A stretch of 64,000 nt of DNA from Dehalococcoidia bacterium (GTDB lineage: Bacteria; Chloroflexota; Dehalococcoidia; UBA2979). Shown here piece by piece: positions 12,701 to 21,494 of this stretch; the stretch's first letter is position 1, and every line of letters begins with the position of its first letter. A program made the translations under genes and the position numbers. The stretch covers positions 1,696,001-1,760,000 of the forward strand of contig OZ244720.1 of assembly GCA_965219085.1 (NCBI GenBank), written 5' to 3'. Below the pieces are notes generated by a model. That model ran no database searches and was not told where the DNA came from. It saw nothing but the letters and a program-made list of their open reading frames with translations.

Positions 12701-13310
12701 GGTCGAGCGGGCCGCGGTGCTCCTCGGCGACGCCGGCCGGTACGGAGACGCGGGTGTGCTGCTCGCGGCGTCGCAGGCCGCGCGCCGTGAACTCGGCCGC
12801 GCGCAGCCGACCATCCCGGTGGCCGGCCAGCGCACCGAGCTGCGCTACGGCACGCCTCGTGGCATCGGGCTGCTCCACGCGGCCGGGCCCGACGCGACGT
12901 GGTGGCTTGCCGCCACACTGCTCGCGGGCAACGGCCTCGCGCTCTTCGACTCGCGCGGCCTCTACCCCGTCACGGAAGCGCTGCTGCGAGCGGGTCTGCC
13001 GCCCGAGGTGGTGCCACCTGACCCCGGCGGCCTCGGCGCGATGCTCGCCGCGGCCCGCCGCCCCGAGGTCGCGTTCGCCGCGACCGACGGGGGGCCCGCG
13101 CTCGCCCGTGCGCTGCATCGTGAACTGGGGCCGACGGCGCCCGGTCAGCGGTCGCTCAAGGCGCTGCTCTCGCGCCTCGACGGTCCGCAGGCTGGGGAGC
13201 CGGGGTTCGTGCGGCGCTTCGCGTGGCCGAAGGTGGTCGCGGTGCGCACGCTGCGCCACGGCGCCGACCTGGGACTCGATCCGGTTGAAGCGCAGAAGCG
13301 CCGCGGGTAG
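9705..13310 (+). CDS. putA: Bifunctional proline dehydrogenase / glutamate-gamma-semialdehyde dehydrogenase
   Basis: FDLLGEA, VDMEQ, VLQAYL, RLVKGAYWDYE, GSHN, AYLVRRVLENSS, PPWNFPLAI, AEMGGKNA, QKCSAASR, EELFGP, PFGG. Confidence 0.93.
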   Translation: MSAIDIEERTQQLGRELLAEAGRYRPGAAERVQDWLLGLTAANERFRGRLLRYLDVLASVDHDSSGAEAKRLAAEYFGDEFPELPRGLRWLLRLARDERVPARVMGESSRRAAELFARRFITPPGVDAVAGTIRQLRDHGRFPSFDLLGEAVLSEREAEAYLARYLELIGQLGDDPAAGEVTPGGVFALQVSLKLSSLTPHFSPVDPEGTIARARPPLEAIVGAADRAGVGVTVDMEQFEYRDLTWELFTRTFARGERFGGWPGAGIVLQAYLREADAHADALVAFARARGVPYQVRLVKGAYWDYETIVAEAAGWTPPVFTRKAATDAAFERVLARLVGAHPALHVAVGSHNARAHALAEALAEASGLPERAVEHQTLFRTAEGTSRALAGLGWAARDYVPSGELLPGMAYLVRRVLENSSQAGVLLASRTGASPEDLLRPPPALDPPPPPPAPPHGFARAPEARWFAPDFRDAFAAALDSTRARWGGRFPLRAGGVDLRAADTVAVRSPSRPDGEPVGFAEFADAEAARRAIAVATSGSAAWAATPVAERASILRRAAGLLEARGHEFAAWVVHEGGRDRAGAWTEVEEAVDFLRYYAGQAEALFGDFGDRIAPRGVVAVIPPWNFPLAIPCGMTAAALACGNAAILKPAEQTPLIGLRLAALLHAAGVPRDALIALPGRGETAGAALAESPDVAMVAFTGSRAVGTLLHEVVSRVEPTGEAVTKTLVAEMGGKNAIIVFPDADPDEVVDGVMRSAFGHANQKCSAASRVLVAESVYETIRDRLVEAARSLRTGPADAPETQINPVIDAEARARLMRDAEVARGECEVLLDHFEEPAADGGLALGPLVVELPAERARAARTTTEELFGPILALIPFATEEEAYAVANGTDYGLTAGIFSRSPATIDRAARVIEAGNVYANRAITAARVGVEPFGGMKMSGSGPKAGGSDYLWAFVCRSDAPADDTGLSAATPSRVASPPPDLPSGVWREPLDMRVEVVERAAVLLGDAGRYGDAGVLLAASQAARRELGRAQPTIPVAGQRTELRYGTPRGIGLLHAAGPDATWWLAATLLAGNGLALFDSRGLYPVTEALLRAGLPPEVVPPDPGGLGAMLAAARRPEVAFAATDGGPALARALHRELGPTAPGQRSLKALLSRLDGPQAGEPGFVRRFAWPKVVAVRTLRHGADLGLDPVEAQKRRG

Positions 13311-13324
13311 GCTGAGATCCGCGG

Positions 13325-13401
13325 GGGCGGTTAGCTCAGTTGGTACGAGCGCTCGCTTCACACGCGAGAGGTCACTGGTTCAAGTCCAGTACCGCCCACC
13401 A
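13325..13401 (+). tRNA. tRNA-Val(CAC)
   Basis: Acceptor GGGCGGT/ACCGCCC, anticodon arm CTCGC-TT-CAC-AC-GCGAG, GGTTCAAGTCC T-arm, encoded CCA. Confidence 0.95.
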
Positions 13402-13435
13402 CCTTGATAACCTTGCTCATGGCATCGGGACCCAC

Positions 13436-13468
13436 GACGAAGGACGCGCCGACTGGGCGCCCTTCGTC
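13436..13468. terminator. Hairpin between convergent tRNA-Val and the lipoprotein gene
   Basis: GACGAAGG...CCTTCGTC inverted repeat with inner GCGCC/GGCGC. Confidence 0.55.
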
Positions 13469-13486
13469 TCGAGCGGTGGATGGCTG

Positions 13487-14605
13487 CTACTGCGCGAGCG
13501 CGCTCAGCGAGAGACCCTGCATCCGCACGATCTCTTCGTCCGTCATGCAGTCCCACCTGAGGAGGCCGTCGGCGGCGATCTCGGCGCGCTCGTCAGCGTC
13601 CATCGTCGAGGGGTCGTACGCGTGCGCGTTGACGAGCGCCCGGTAGTGAGGATGCTCCCGGGCGAAGTCCGCGAGGCAACTCAGCGTCTCGTCGCTGAGC
13701 GTGTCTCCCGAGCTGGACGCAAAGATCGAGACAAACACCGCGACCTCGCCTTCATCCGAGATGCAATCCGTCAGCGCATCCGAGATGTCGAAGGCCCCGT
13801 GGACGGTCGTCGCGAGGAGCGCCTTGTACTCCGCGTCGGTGAGGGCGTCCCGGATGCACGCTGCGTCGGCGGCCGGAAGAGCGTTGATCAGGTCGCGCTC
13901 GGCGGACGTAAAGGCGTCGATGACCTCCTCGAAGTCGAGCAGGTAGTCCAGCTGCTCCTCGGACGTCATGCAGTTGTAGAACTCCACGATGTACGGGTGT
14001 GCCGCGGCGGCCGCGCTCGCCTCGGGCGAAGACAGCCCGATGCTCGTGAGGACCGCGTCCGGGTGCTCGAGGCCGACCTCGACCATGCACGCGCGGGTCT
14101 CCGCGGCCCATCCGCCGGCTGACGCCTCGATGAACGCGACGCCGACACGCACGACGCTCTCGATCTCGAGGCAGCCGAACAGCGGGGCCGCGGCGGCGGG
14201 GTCGCTGCCCGCCGCGAGCAGCGGCGTGCCTTGCATGACGGCGTAGATGAAGTCACCGAACACTTCCTTGATGCAGCCCCGCTCCTCCTCGGAGAGCCGG
14301 TCGAGCAGATCCTTGCCGGTTGTTGCGGGGGTGACGACGAAGTCTTCGAGCGTGGGCGCGGGAGTCGGCGCGGGGGTGGCAGTCGCCGGAGGCGGCGTCG
14401 GAGTCGGAGTCGGTGTTGGTGTGGGCGTGGGCGTGGGAGTGGGTGTGGCCGTGGCGGGCGTCGCGGCAGCGGGCGCCTGCGTGGCGGTCGGCGTCGGCTC
14501 GGGCTCGTCGTCGGACGTGCAGGCGGCGAGAGCGCTGATCGCGAGCGCCACGACGGCGATGATCAGCCAGCTCATGCGCAAACCGGATACGACGCTCGCA
14601 ACCAT
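13487..14605 (-). CDS. Secreted lipoprotein with a Pro/Thr linker and Cys-containing helical repeats
   Basis: Hydrophobic signal with lipobox LAAC, (TP)n linker, repeated E..CI/CL motifs. Confidence 0.75.
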   Translation of the reverse strand: MVASVVSGLRMSWLIIAVVALAISALAACTSDDEPEPTPTATQAPAAATPATATPTPTPTPTPTPTPTPTPPPATATPAPTPAPTLEDFVVTPATTGKDLLDRLSEEERGCIKEVFGDFIYAVMQGTPLLAAGSDPAAAAPLFGCLEIESVVRVGVAFIEASAGGWAAETRACMVEVGLEHPDAVLTSIGLSSPEASAAAAAHPYIVEFYNCMTSEEQLDYLLDFEEVIDAFTSAERDLINALPAADAACIRDALTDAEYKALLATTVHGAFDISDALTDCISDEGEVAVFVSIFASSSGDTLSDETLSCLADFAREHPHYRALVNAHAYDPSTMDADERAEIAADGLLRWDCMTDEEIVRMQGLSLSALAQ

Positions 14606-14661
14606 TGGCCCGTCCTTCGAGTGAGCGATCACGAGCTGGATTGGGTCTCGGGGTCTTGCAG

Positions 14662-14667
14662 TATAAT
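14662..14667 (+). promoter_or_regulatory. -10 element for the tRNA-Leu/tRNA-Arg pair
   Basis: Perfect TATAAT in very GC-rich DNA about 55 nt upstream of tRNA-Leu. Confidence 0.5.
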
Positions 14668-14721
14668 AGCTGGGACGTGGACCGTAGCCGCACGCCCGTG
14701 GCATGTCGGTCCGCGCACCGA

Positions 14722-14808
14722 GCCGAAGTGGCGGAACGGCAGACGCGCTGCGTTCAGGGCGCAGTGAGGTTTATCCTCGTGTGAGTTCAAATCTCACCTT
14801 CGGCACCA
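14722..14808 (+). tRNA. tRNA-Leu(CAG)
   Basis: GCCGAAG/CTTCGGC acceptor, CTGCG-TT-CAG-GG-CGCAG arm, long variable arm, CCA. Confidence 0.95.
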
Positions 14809-14823
14809 GTCATCTCGACTCGC

Positions 14824-14899
14824 GCGCCTGTAGCTCAGGGGATAGAGCGCAGCCCTGCGGAGGCTGAGGTCAGAGGTTCAAATCCTCTCAGGCGCGCCA
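14824..14899 (+). tRNA. tRNA-Arg(GCG)
   Basis: GCGCCTG/CAGGCGC acceptor, CAGCC-CT-GCG-GA-GGCTG arm, GGTTCAAATCC, CCA. Confidence 0.93.
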
Positions 14900-14972
14900 T
14901 CCGCACCCACCCTGCCACCATCCACGCCACGCGCTTGCGCGGGCGCACCGACGCGCCTGCGGGCCCTCGCGC

Positions 14973-17495
14973 CTACGGGATCGAGGGGATGTACTCGTCG
15001 CCGATGTGGCCCATCTCCTCGAAGCGCCGGTAGTCGGCGTCGGAGAAGCCCAGCAGCTCCTTGTAGACGTACTCGTTGTCCTGCCCCAGCAGCGGCGCGT
15101 GCCGTGGCAGCGGGGGATCCGTCCGGCTTGCCGTCCACGCCTCCCGCACGTGGCGGTACGTGCCGGCCTCGGGGTGCACGATCTCCTGGAAGAACCCGCG
15201 CTGGTCCAGGTGCCGGTCCTCGTACACGTCGGCCTCCGACATCACGACGCCGGCCGGGATGCCGGCGTACTGGAAGCGCTGCGCCACCCAGCGCGGGTCG
15301 AGCAGTTCCGTCCACTGGCCGATGATCGCGTCGAGCTCGCGACGGTTCTGGTGGCGCGCGGCCATGTCGGCGAAGCGCGGGTCGTCGATGAGGTCCTCGC
15401 GCCGGATCGCCTCGCAGAGCAGCGGCCACTGCGCCTCGTTGGTGATCGAGATGGTCACCCACGCGTCGTCACCGCGGCAGCGGTAGACGTTGTGCGGGGC
15501 GAGCCACCAGTGGTCGTTGCCCATCTGCTCCCAAAGCCGGCCGTTCATCGAGTAGTCCATGATGAACTCGCCGATCAGCGGCACGAAGTTCTCCGCCGTC
15601 GCCATCTCGACGAGCAGCCCCTTGCCGGTCCGCTCGCGCTGGCGCAGTCCCATCATGAACGCGTACGCGTTACCCATCCCCGACGCCGCGTCCGAGGGCA
15701 CGCCGAGCGGTGCGTACTCCAGGCTGAGGCCGGGGTAGCTGCGGATCGCCGGGTGCCCCGCGATCGCCTCCATGTGGTTCCCGTACGTGCGGTAGCCGCG
15801 GTACGGCCCGTCGATGCCGAACGCCGGGATGCGCACCATCACGAGGTTCGGGTTGACCGCCGAGAGCGCGTCCCAGCTCACCCCCTGCCGCTCGATGTTC
15901 GGCGGCAGGTTGTTCTCCATCAGCCCGTCGGACACCTCGACGAGCCGGTGCAGCACCTCCTGGCCCTCGGGCCGGGTGAGGTCGACGGTCATCGAGAGCT
16001 TGTTGCGAGCGTGGTGGTTGAAGATCGAGCCGCGGTTCCACGGTCGCTCGCCGGCCACGTTGTCCGGGTAGCCGATGCCCGCGCCGGACTGCGCCATCGC
16101 GTCGACGAACTCCTGCGGCGGCCGCGCCAGCAAGCCCCGCGTCGCCGAGGCAAAGTGCTGCGTCGACTCGACGCGGATCACCTCGGCGCCCCAGTCGGCC
16201 ATCTGCATCGCGCCGTACGGCCCGGCGAGGACGACCGTGAAGTCGACGATCCGCACGCCCTTCAGCGGGAGGTCCCTCGATGCGCCGCCCGCACCGCGCC
16301 GGTCGTGGGCGGCCGGCTCGCGCTCAGGCCGCGACTCGGCAAGGACCTCATCGGTGTGCTCGCCGAGGAGTGGCGCGCGACGGCGCGACGGCATTGGGCC
16401 CTCCGGGCGGTGCAGCCGGAAGTGGTAGCCGGGGTACTCCAGCGGCCCGGTTTCCGGGTGGTCGATGGTCTGGAAGAACTCGCGGTAGCGGAAGTTCTCG
16501 TCCTCGAACAGGTCGGCGACGGTGTTGATGGGCCCGGCCATGACGCCGTGGTCCTCGCACGCCTTGCGGATCTCGGTGCGCGTGTGTGACAGCAGCCACG
16601 GGAACGCCAGCATGTTGAACTCGTCGATGCGGTCGACGTGCGAGCACGCCTCGACGGTCGACCACTCCGGCGTATCGAGCAGCGACTCGTAGCCCATCAT
16701 GCGCAGCGCGGTGTGAATGCGCTGCGGGCCGTTGGACATCAGGAAGAAGCCGTCGGCGCATGGGTACACCCCGCTGCCGACACCCGCGGCGAGCGTCGGC
16801 CGCGACGTGTACGTGCCGCTGTATTGGTACATCATCAGCCGCGCCAGGCGGATGTCGATCGAGTGCAGCGCCGTCTCGTAGAGGTTGACGTCGACGTGCT
16901 CGCCCTCGCCGCGCAGCTCCGCGCCGCGGATCGCGACCGAGGTGGCGAGCGCGCCCACGAGCCCTGTGTGGTAGCTGGTCATCCGTCCGGCGGTCTTGAC
17001 CGGCTCGTAGCTGGCCTCGCCGGAGACGAGCATCGGGCCGCCCATCGCGTACAGCGTGAGGTCGGTCCCCACCCAGTCGCGGTACGGCCCGTCCTGCCCG
17101 AAGTTGGAGATCGAGGTGAGCACGAGGCGCGGGTTCACCTCGTGCAGCGTCTCGTAGCCGATCCCCAGCCGCTCGAGCGTGCCGGGCATGAAGTTCTCGA
17201 CGACGACGTCGGCGTCCGCCGCGAGTTGCAGGAAGCGCTCGCGGCCCTCGTCGGTTTTGAGGTCGAGCACGACGCTGCGCTTGTTGGTGTTGAGGAACAG
17301 GAACATGCCGCTGCGGTCCGGCCCCGGCTCGTCGCCGAGGAACGGTGGCAGGCGGCGCGAGGGATCGCCCTCGGGCGGCTCGATCTTGATCACGTCGGCG
17401 CCGTAGTCGCCCAGCAGTCGCGTGCAGAACGGGCCCGCCGCGTGACGCGTCAGGTCCAGCACGCGCACGTCATCAAGCGGCATTATCTCGGTCAT
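14973..17495 (-). CDS. Tandem (two-domain) family III CoA-transferase, CaiB/BaiF
   Basis: Two CaiB domains: LDDVRVLDLT...AGPFCT...DYGADVIKIE...NTNKRS and LKGVRIVDFT...AGPYG...DWGAEVIRVES...ARNKLS; each ends in APLLG. Confidence 0.92.
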   Translation of the reverse strand: MTEIMPLDDVRVLDLTRHAAGPFCTRLLGDYGADVIKIEPPEGDPSRRLPPFLGDEPGPDRSGMFLFLNTNKRSVVLDLKTDEGRERFLQLAADADVVVENFMPGTLERLGIGYETLHEVNPRLVLTSISNFGQDGPYRDWVGTDLTLYAMGGPMLVSGEASYEPVKTAGRMTSYHTGLVGALATSVAIRGAELRGEGEHVDVNLYETALHSIDIRLARLMMYQYSGTYTSRPTLAAGVGSGVYPCADGFFLMSNGPQRIHTALRMMGYESLLDTPEWSTVEACSHVDRIDEFNMLAFPWLLSHTRTEIRKACEDHGVMAGPINTVADLFEDENFRYREFFQTIDHPETGPLEYPGYHFRLHRPEGPMPSRRRAPLLGEHTDEVLAESRPEREPAAHDRRGAGGASRDLPLKGVRIVDFTVVLAGPYGAMQMADWGAEVIRVESTQHFASATRGLLARPPQEFVDAMAQSGAGIGYPDNVAGERPWNRGSIFNHHARNKLSMTVDLTRPEGQEVLHRLVEVSDGLMENNLPPNIERQGVSWDALSAVNPNLVMVRIPAFGIDGPYRGYRTYGNHMEAIAGHPAIRSYPGLSLEYAPLGVPSDAASGMGNAYAFMMGLRQRERTGKGLLVEMATAENFVPLIGEFIMDYSMNGRLWEQMGNDHWWLAPHNVYRCRGDDAWVTISITNEAQWPLLCEAIRREDLIDDPRFADMAARHQNRRELDAIIGQWTELLDPRWVAQRFQYAGIPAGVVMSEADVYEDRHLDQRGFFQEIVHPEAGTYRHVREAWTASRTDPPLPRHAPLLGQDNEYVYKELLGFSDADYRRFEEMGHIGDEYIPSIP

Positions 17496-17651
17496 GGGAC
17501 GCCCCCCGGTCTCTTTGGATGCGAGGAACCCTCGCTGGGTGCCCGCGAACGCGAGGAGACCTCGCTGGCGCGGAGCATACACGCGTCGCCGCGGGTCGAG
17601 GCCCCCCTCGGTCCCTCGACGCGCAGCGATGGCGCCGCGGTGCACGTCGGC

Positions 17652-17716
17652 CGCTGTATCGTGGCCGCCACCACGTGGGAGCCTACGACTGGAGGGCGCG
17701 ATGACTGTCGATGCCA
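17652..17716 (+). repeat. Copy 1 of a 65-bp imperfect direct repeat (promoter/RBS/first codons)
   Basis: 52/65 identical by hand alignment to 18402-18466, offset exactly 750 bp. Confidence 0.85.
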
Positions 17717-18294
17717 GTGAGCCTGTCGCGCGCGAGGACCACCCCGGCTGGACTGACCTGGTTGAGGTGCTGGGTGACCGGGCGCGCGCTGTGCCGGCGA
17801 GCGCGTTCCGCGCCGACGGCCGGGACGCAAACCGGTGCGGGGTCGACGGCTGGTGGGCGGACGAGACCGCGCGTCGCCTGATCGAGAAGGCGCTCGACAC
17901 GGATGCCGCCTCGTTGATCTACGTCGGCAGAACGACGCGGACCCTTGCGACCCGTGTGCTTGACGACCATCTCAATGGCAGCATTAGGAATTCGACGCTG
18001 CGGTGGAGCCTTACCGCGATCCTGATGACAACCCCGGCGTTCGCCGCCAAGCACTCCGACCCGCGTGCGGTCGTCCGGAGCCCAATGCTGTCTGTCTGGA
18101 TGCGGAAGCATCTTGAGGTCGCGATCATCGCAGTCGATCGCCCAGAACTGGTCAAAGGGAGGGTGATCAACCACTACGATCCACCGCTGAACCTTCGCGG
18201 CGTAGACAGGACGCCAGCTCGTGCGCGGCTCACAGAGCTACGGAAAGAGCTGAAGCCCGCGCGAGATGCAGGCAAACGCCTTCCGCTCCAGTAG
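17701..18294 (+). CDS. GIY-YIG-like nuclease family protein
   Basis: GVDGWW...LIYVGRTTRTLATRVLDDHLNG..NSTLRWSL...W.RKHL...INHYDPPLNL; GGAGG RBS. Confidence 0.65.
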   Translation: MTVDASEPVAREDHPGWTDLVEVLGDRARAVPASAFRADGRDANRCGVDGWWADETARRLIEKALDTDAASLIYVGRTTRTLATRVLDDHLNGSIRNSTLRWSLTAILMTTPAFAAKHSDPRAVVRSPMLSVWMRKHLEVAIIAVDRPELVKGRVINHYDPPLNLRGVDRTPARARLTELRKELKPARDAGKRLPLQ

Positions 18295-18401
18295 TCACGC
18301 CTGACCTCGGCCCCTCGGCCCCTCGGCCGCTCATCCGCGCCTGATTCGGCCTCGCCGAGCAGCGAGTCGCGGAACGCCGTGGTCTCCGGCGCCTGACCCG
18401 G

Positions 18402-18466
18402 CGCTGTATCGTGGTCGCCACCACTCGCAGCCACACGATCGGAGGACGCGATGACCGTCGATGCCA
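18402..18466 (+). repeat. Copy 2 of the 65-bp imperfect direct repeat
   Basis: CGCTGTATCGTGGTCGCCACCAC...GGAGGACGCGATGACCGTCGATGCCA. Confidence 0.85.
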
Positions 18467-19344
18467 ACGTCATTCGGCATCTCTACCGCTACGACCGGAC
18501 CCTGCCGCTGCTACCCACGAGCGAGTCCGACGCCGTGATGGTGGTGCGCAACGGCAACTTCGAAGCCGTCGACAGCCTCGCCCGCGAGCGCGTCACCTTC
18601 GGCACGACGCACGATGAGCGCGTGACGGCGACGCTGACCTACCCGGCCTCGGGCGGCCCGTTCCCGGCTGTCATCCTCCAGCACGGCTCGACGGCGCTCG
18701 GACGTCACATGTGGGCGACCCGGCCGGTCGACGTCGACTGGGCGCTGGAGCACGGCTTCATGGCCGTCGCCGTCGATGCGCCCGGATTCGGCTCGCGCGA
18801 GCGCGCCGACAATCGCGGCCGGCTGGTGCGCGACCGCCCGGACCTGATGTTCCGCACGCGCGACCAGCGCATCCAGAACGTGCAAGACCTGATGCGCACC
18901 GTCGACTACCTGTGCTCGCGCGACGATGTGCTCGCCGACGCCATCGGCTTCTGCGGCGTCTCGATGGGCACGCGCGTGGGCGCGCCGTTCTTCGGCCTCG
19001 ATGAGCGCGTGCGCACCGGCGCGTTCTTCATCGGCGGCTCGGGGCCGTACTCGGGCTTCGAGGTGGAGGGCACCGCGTTCGCCGACCTCGCGGCCGAGGA
19101 GCGCCTGATCTTCGACCTGACCGACCCGATCGTGTTCGCGCCGATGTCCGCCGGGCGCGAGGTGATCGTGATCAACGGCACGCGCGACACCGTCGTCGGC
19201 CCCGGCGCGGGCGAGCGGCTACAGGAAGCGTTCGGCGAACCGAAGACGCTGCGCTGGTACGACGGCGACCACGGCGAGGTGCCCGGCGAGCTCTATGACG
19301 AGGCCGGTTCCTTCCTCGTGAGCCACCTGCGGGTCCCGGCGTAG
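18451..19344 (+). CDS. Alpha/beta hydrolase (dienelactone hydrolase/peptidase S9-like)
   Basis: PAVILQHG, DAPGFG, nucleophile GVSMG, GTRDTVV (Asp), YDGDH (His). Confidence 0.85.
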   Translation: MTVDANVIRHLYRYDRTLPLLPTSESDAVMVVRNGNFEAVDSLARERVTFGTTHDERVTATLTYPASGGPFPAVILQHGSTALGRHMWATRPVDVDWALEHGFMAVAVDAPGFGSRERADNRGRLVRDRPDLMFRTRDQRIQNVQDLMRTVDYLCSRDDVLADAIGFCGVSMGTRVGAPFFGLDERVRTGAFFIGGSGPYSGFEVEGTAFADLAAEERLIFDLTDPIVFAPMSAGREVIVINGTRDTVVGPGAGERLQEAFGEPKTLRWYDGDHGEVPGELYDEAGSFLVSHLRVPA

Positions 19345-19410
19345 CGGTCGGCGGGCGCTCACCGAGCCATAACGCGTGCTATGTTGCGGTTGCACCGCAG
19401 GAGGTGACAC

Positions 19411-20634
19411 ATGGATTGGAGCGACACACCCGACCAGGCCGCATTCCGGCAGGAAGTGAAGGCGCTCGTCGACGAGCATCTCCCGGCCCTCTATCGCCGC
19501 ATGCGCGACGAGGGCATCGAGGAAGGCTACGAGGGCGGCTGGATTGCCGACCGTGTGTCGGACGACACCGAGCGCAAGGGGGCGGCAGAGGACTGGACCG
19601 ACGCGGTCTCCGACCGCGGCTGGTTCGCCCCGCACTGGCCCGAGGAGTACGGCGGCGCGGGCCTCTCGCCGATGGAGCAGTTCATCTACAACCAGGAGCT
19701 GGCGGAGGCCGGCGCGCCGATTGTCGGCGGCTCCGGGGTAAGCCTGCTCGGCCCGACGCTGATCGTGCACGGCACCGAGGAGCAGAAGGAGAAGTACCTC
19801 ACGAACATCCTCTCCGGGGAGACCGTGTGGGCGCAGGGCTACTCCGAGCCCGGCGCGGGGTCCGACCTCGGATCGCTACAGACGCGCGCCATCCGCGACG
19901 GCGACGAGTACGTGATCAACGGCCAGAAGATCTGGACGTCGAACGCGCACTACTCCGACGCGATCTTCGCGCTGGTCCGCACCAACCCGGACGCGCCGAA
20001 GCACCGCGGCATCTCGTTCCTGTTGATCGACGACATCCACACGCCGGGGCTGAACCTCCGGCCGCTGATCAACATGGCGTGGCAGCACGGCTTCAACGAG
20101 ACGTTCTTCGAGGACGTGCGGACGCCCGCGGCCAACGTCCTCGGCGAGGTCGACCGCGGCTGGTACGTCGGCATGACGCTGCTCGACTACGAGCGCTCGA
20201 ACATCAGTGGGGCCGTGACGCTGCGCCGCCATATCGGCCAGCTGATCGACTTCGCCCACGGCAGGGACGCCGACAAGGTGCGGATGCTGCCCTCGGTACG
20301 TGCCGAGATCGCGGACCGCTACCTGGAGGCGGAGGTCGGCTACAACTTCTCGTTCCGCATCATCTCGATGCAGAACGCGGGGGTGATCCCGAACTACGAG
20401 GCGTCGACGGCCAAGATGTTCATCTCGGAGGCCGTGCAGCGCCTGTGCCGGACCGGGATGAAGACGTTCGGCCTCTACGCGAACCTGTGGGACGAGGACG
20501 ACAAGTACGCGCCCGCGAGGACGGCGTTCACGCAGCGCTACATCACTTCGATCCCCGGCACGATCGGCGGCGGTAGTTCCGAGATTCAGCGGAACATCAT
20601 CGCCACCCGCGGGCTCGGCCTGCCGCGCGGCTAA
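19411..20634 (+). CDS. Acyl-CoA dehydrogenase
   Basis: WPEEYGG, QGYSEPGAGSDL, INGQKIWTS, FNETFFEDVR, TIGGGSSEIQRNIIA. Confidence 0.95.
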   Translation: MDWSDTPDQAAFRQEVKALVDEHLPALYRRMRDEGIEEGYEGGWIADRVSDDTERKGAAEDWTDAVSDRGWFAPHWPEEYGGAGLSPMEQFIYNQELAEAGAPIVGGSGVSLLGPTLIVHGTEEQKEKYLTNILSGETVWAQGYSEPGAGSDLGSLQTRAIRDGDEYVINGQKIWTSNAHYSDAIFALVRTNPDAPKHRGISFLLIDDIHTPGLNLRPLINMAWQHGFNETFFEDVRTPAANVLGEVDRGWYVGMTLLDYERSNISGAVTLRRHIGQLIDFAHGRDADKVRMLPSVRAEIADRYLEAEVGYNFSFRIISMQNAGVIPNYEASTAKMFISEAVQRLCRTGMKTFGLYANLWDEDDKYAPARTAFTQRYITSIPGTIGGGSSEIQRNIIATRGLGLPRG

Positions 20635-20656
20635 GTTCGCGCGCCCAGGGCGCTCG

Positions 20657-20697
20657 CAGGCGCACACGACGAGGGGGCCCGCTCGGGCCCCCTCGCT
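20657..20697 (+). terminator. Terminator-like hairpin; left copy of a 41-bp direct repeat flanking the PaREP1 array
   Basis: CGAGGGGGCCC-GCTC-GGGCCCCCTCG; similar to 21837-21877. Confidence 0.7.
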
Positions 20698-20748
20698 GCG
20701 TTCTTCGTGACGGCGCCCACACACTGGTCGACGCAGTACAATCTTGTC

Positions 20749-21108
20749 ATGACGACGAACGGGCAGCCGTACAGCGACACCGGCCGCGAGTTCCTCGCAC
20801 GGGCCCGGACATACCTTGCCGAGGACGACCTCCTTCAGTCCTCCGAGAAGGGCTGGGGCGCTGCCGCGCAGATGGTGAAGGCCGCCGCCGAGTCGCGTGG
20901 CTGGCGCCATCGCAGCCACCGCGACTTGCACGTCGCCATCAACCAGCTGGCCGAGGAGACGGGCGATGCCGAGATCGGCGACCTGTTCGATGCGGCGAAC
21001 CAACTCCACACGAACTTCTACGAGGGTTGGCTCCCGCGCGAGACAGTCGAGCGAAACCTGTCCCGCGTGATCACGCTGGTCGAGAAGCTGGACGGCCTCG
21101 CAGCATGA
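20749..21108 (+). CDS. PaREP1-family (HEPN-like) protein, copy 1
   Basis: FLARARTYLAEDDLLQSSEKGWGAAAQMVKA...GW.H.SH...LHTNFYEG; TACAAT 6 nt upstream of the ATG. Confidence 0.85.
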   Translation: MTTNGQPYSDTGREFLARARTYLAEDDLLQSSEKGWGAAAQMVKAAAESRGWRHRSHRDLHVAINQLAEETGDAEIGDLFDAANQLHTNFYEGWLPRETVERNLSRVITLVEKLDGLAA

Positions 21109-21461
21109 CCACCAACGGGCAGCACTACAGCGACACCGGCCGCGAGTTCCTCGCGAGGGCCCGGACGTACCTCGCCGAGGACGACCTGGCCCAGGCCTCG
21201 GAGAAGGGCTGGGGCGCGGCCGCGCAGATGGTCAAGGCCGCCGCGGAGACCCGCGGCTGGCGGCACCAGAGCCACCGCGACCTTTACGTGACGATCGATC
21301 GGCTGGTTGAGGAGACCGGCGACAGCGACATCCGGCTAGCGTTTGCCTCCGCGGGCGCACTCCATACCAACTTCTACGAAGGCTGGCTCTCGCACGAGAC
21401 CGTCGAGGCGCACCTCGTGGAGGTAACCAGGCTCGTCGGGAGGCTCGACGCTCTCGCGTAG
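21105..21461 (+). CDS. PaREP1-family protein, copy 2
   Basis: Near-identical N-terminus MTTNGQHYSDTGREFLARAR; ATGA overlap with copy 1; LHTNFYEG. Confidence 0.85.
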   Translation: MTTNGQHYSDTGREFLARARTYLAEDDLAQASEKGWGAAAQMVKAAAETRGWRHQSHRDLYVTIDRLVEETGDSDIRLAFASAGALHTNFYEGWLSHETVEAHLVEVTRLVGRLDALA

Positions 21462-21494
21462 GCGCGGCTCCATGCAGGTACTGACAGGCCGCAC

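Noticed and set aside
18305-18328. (CCTCGGCC)3 microsatellite after the GIY-YIG gene
   Set aside because: Short GC-rich slippage repeat with no evidence of function
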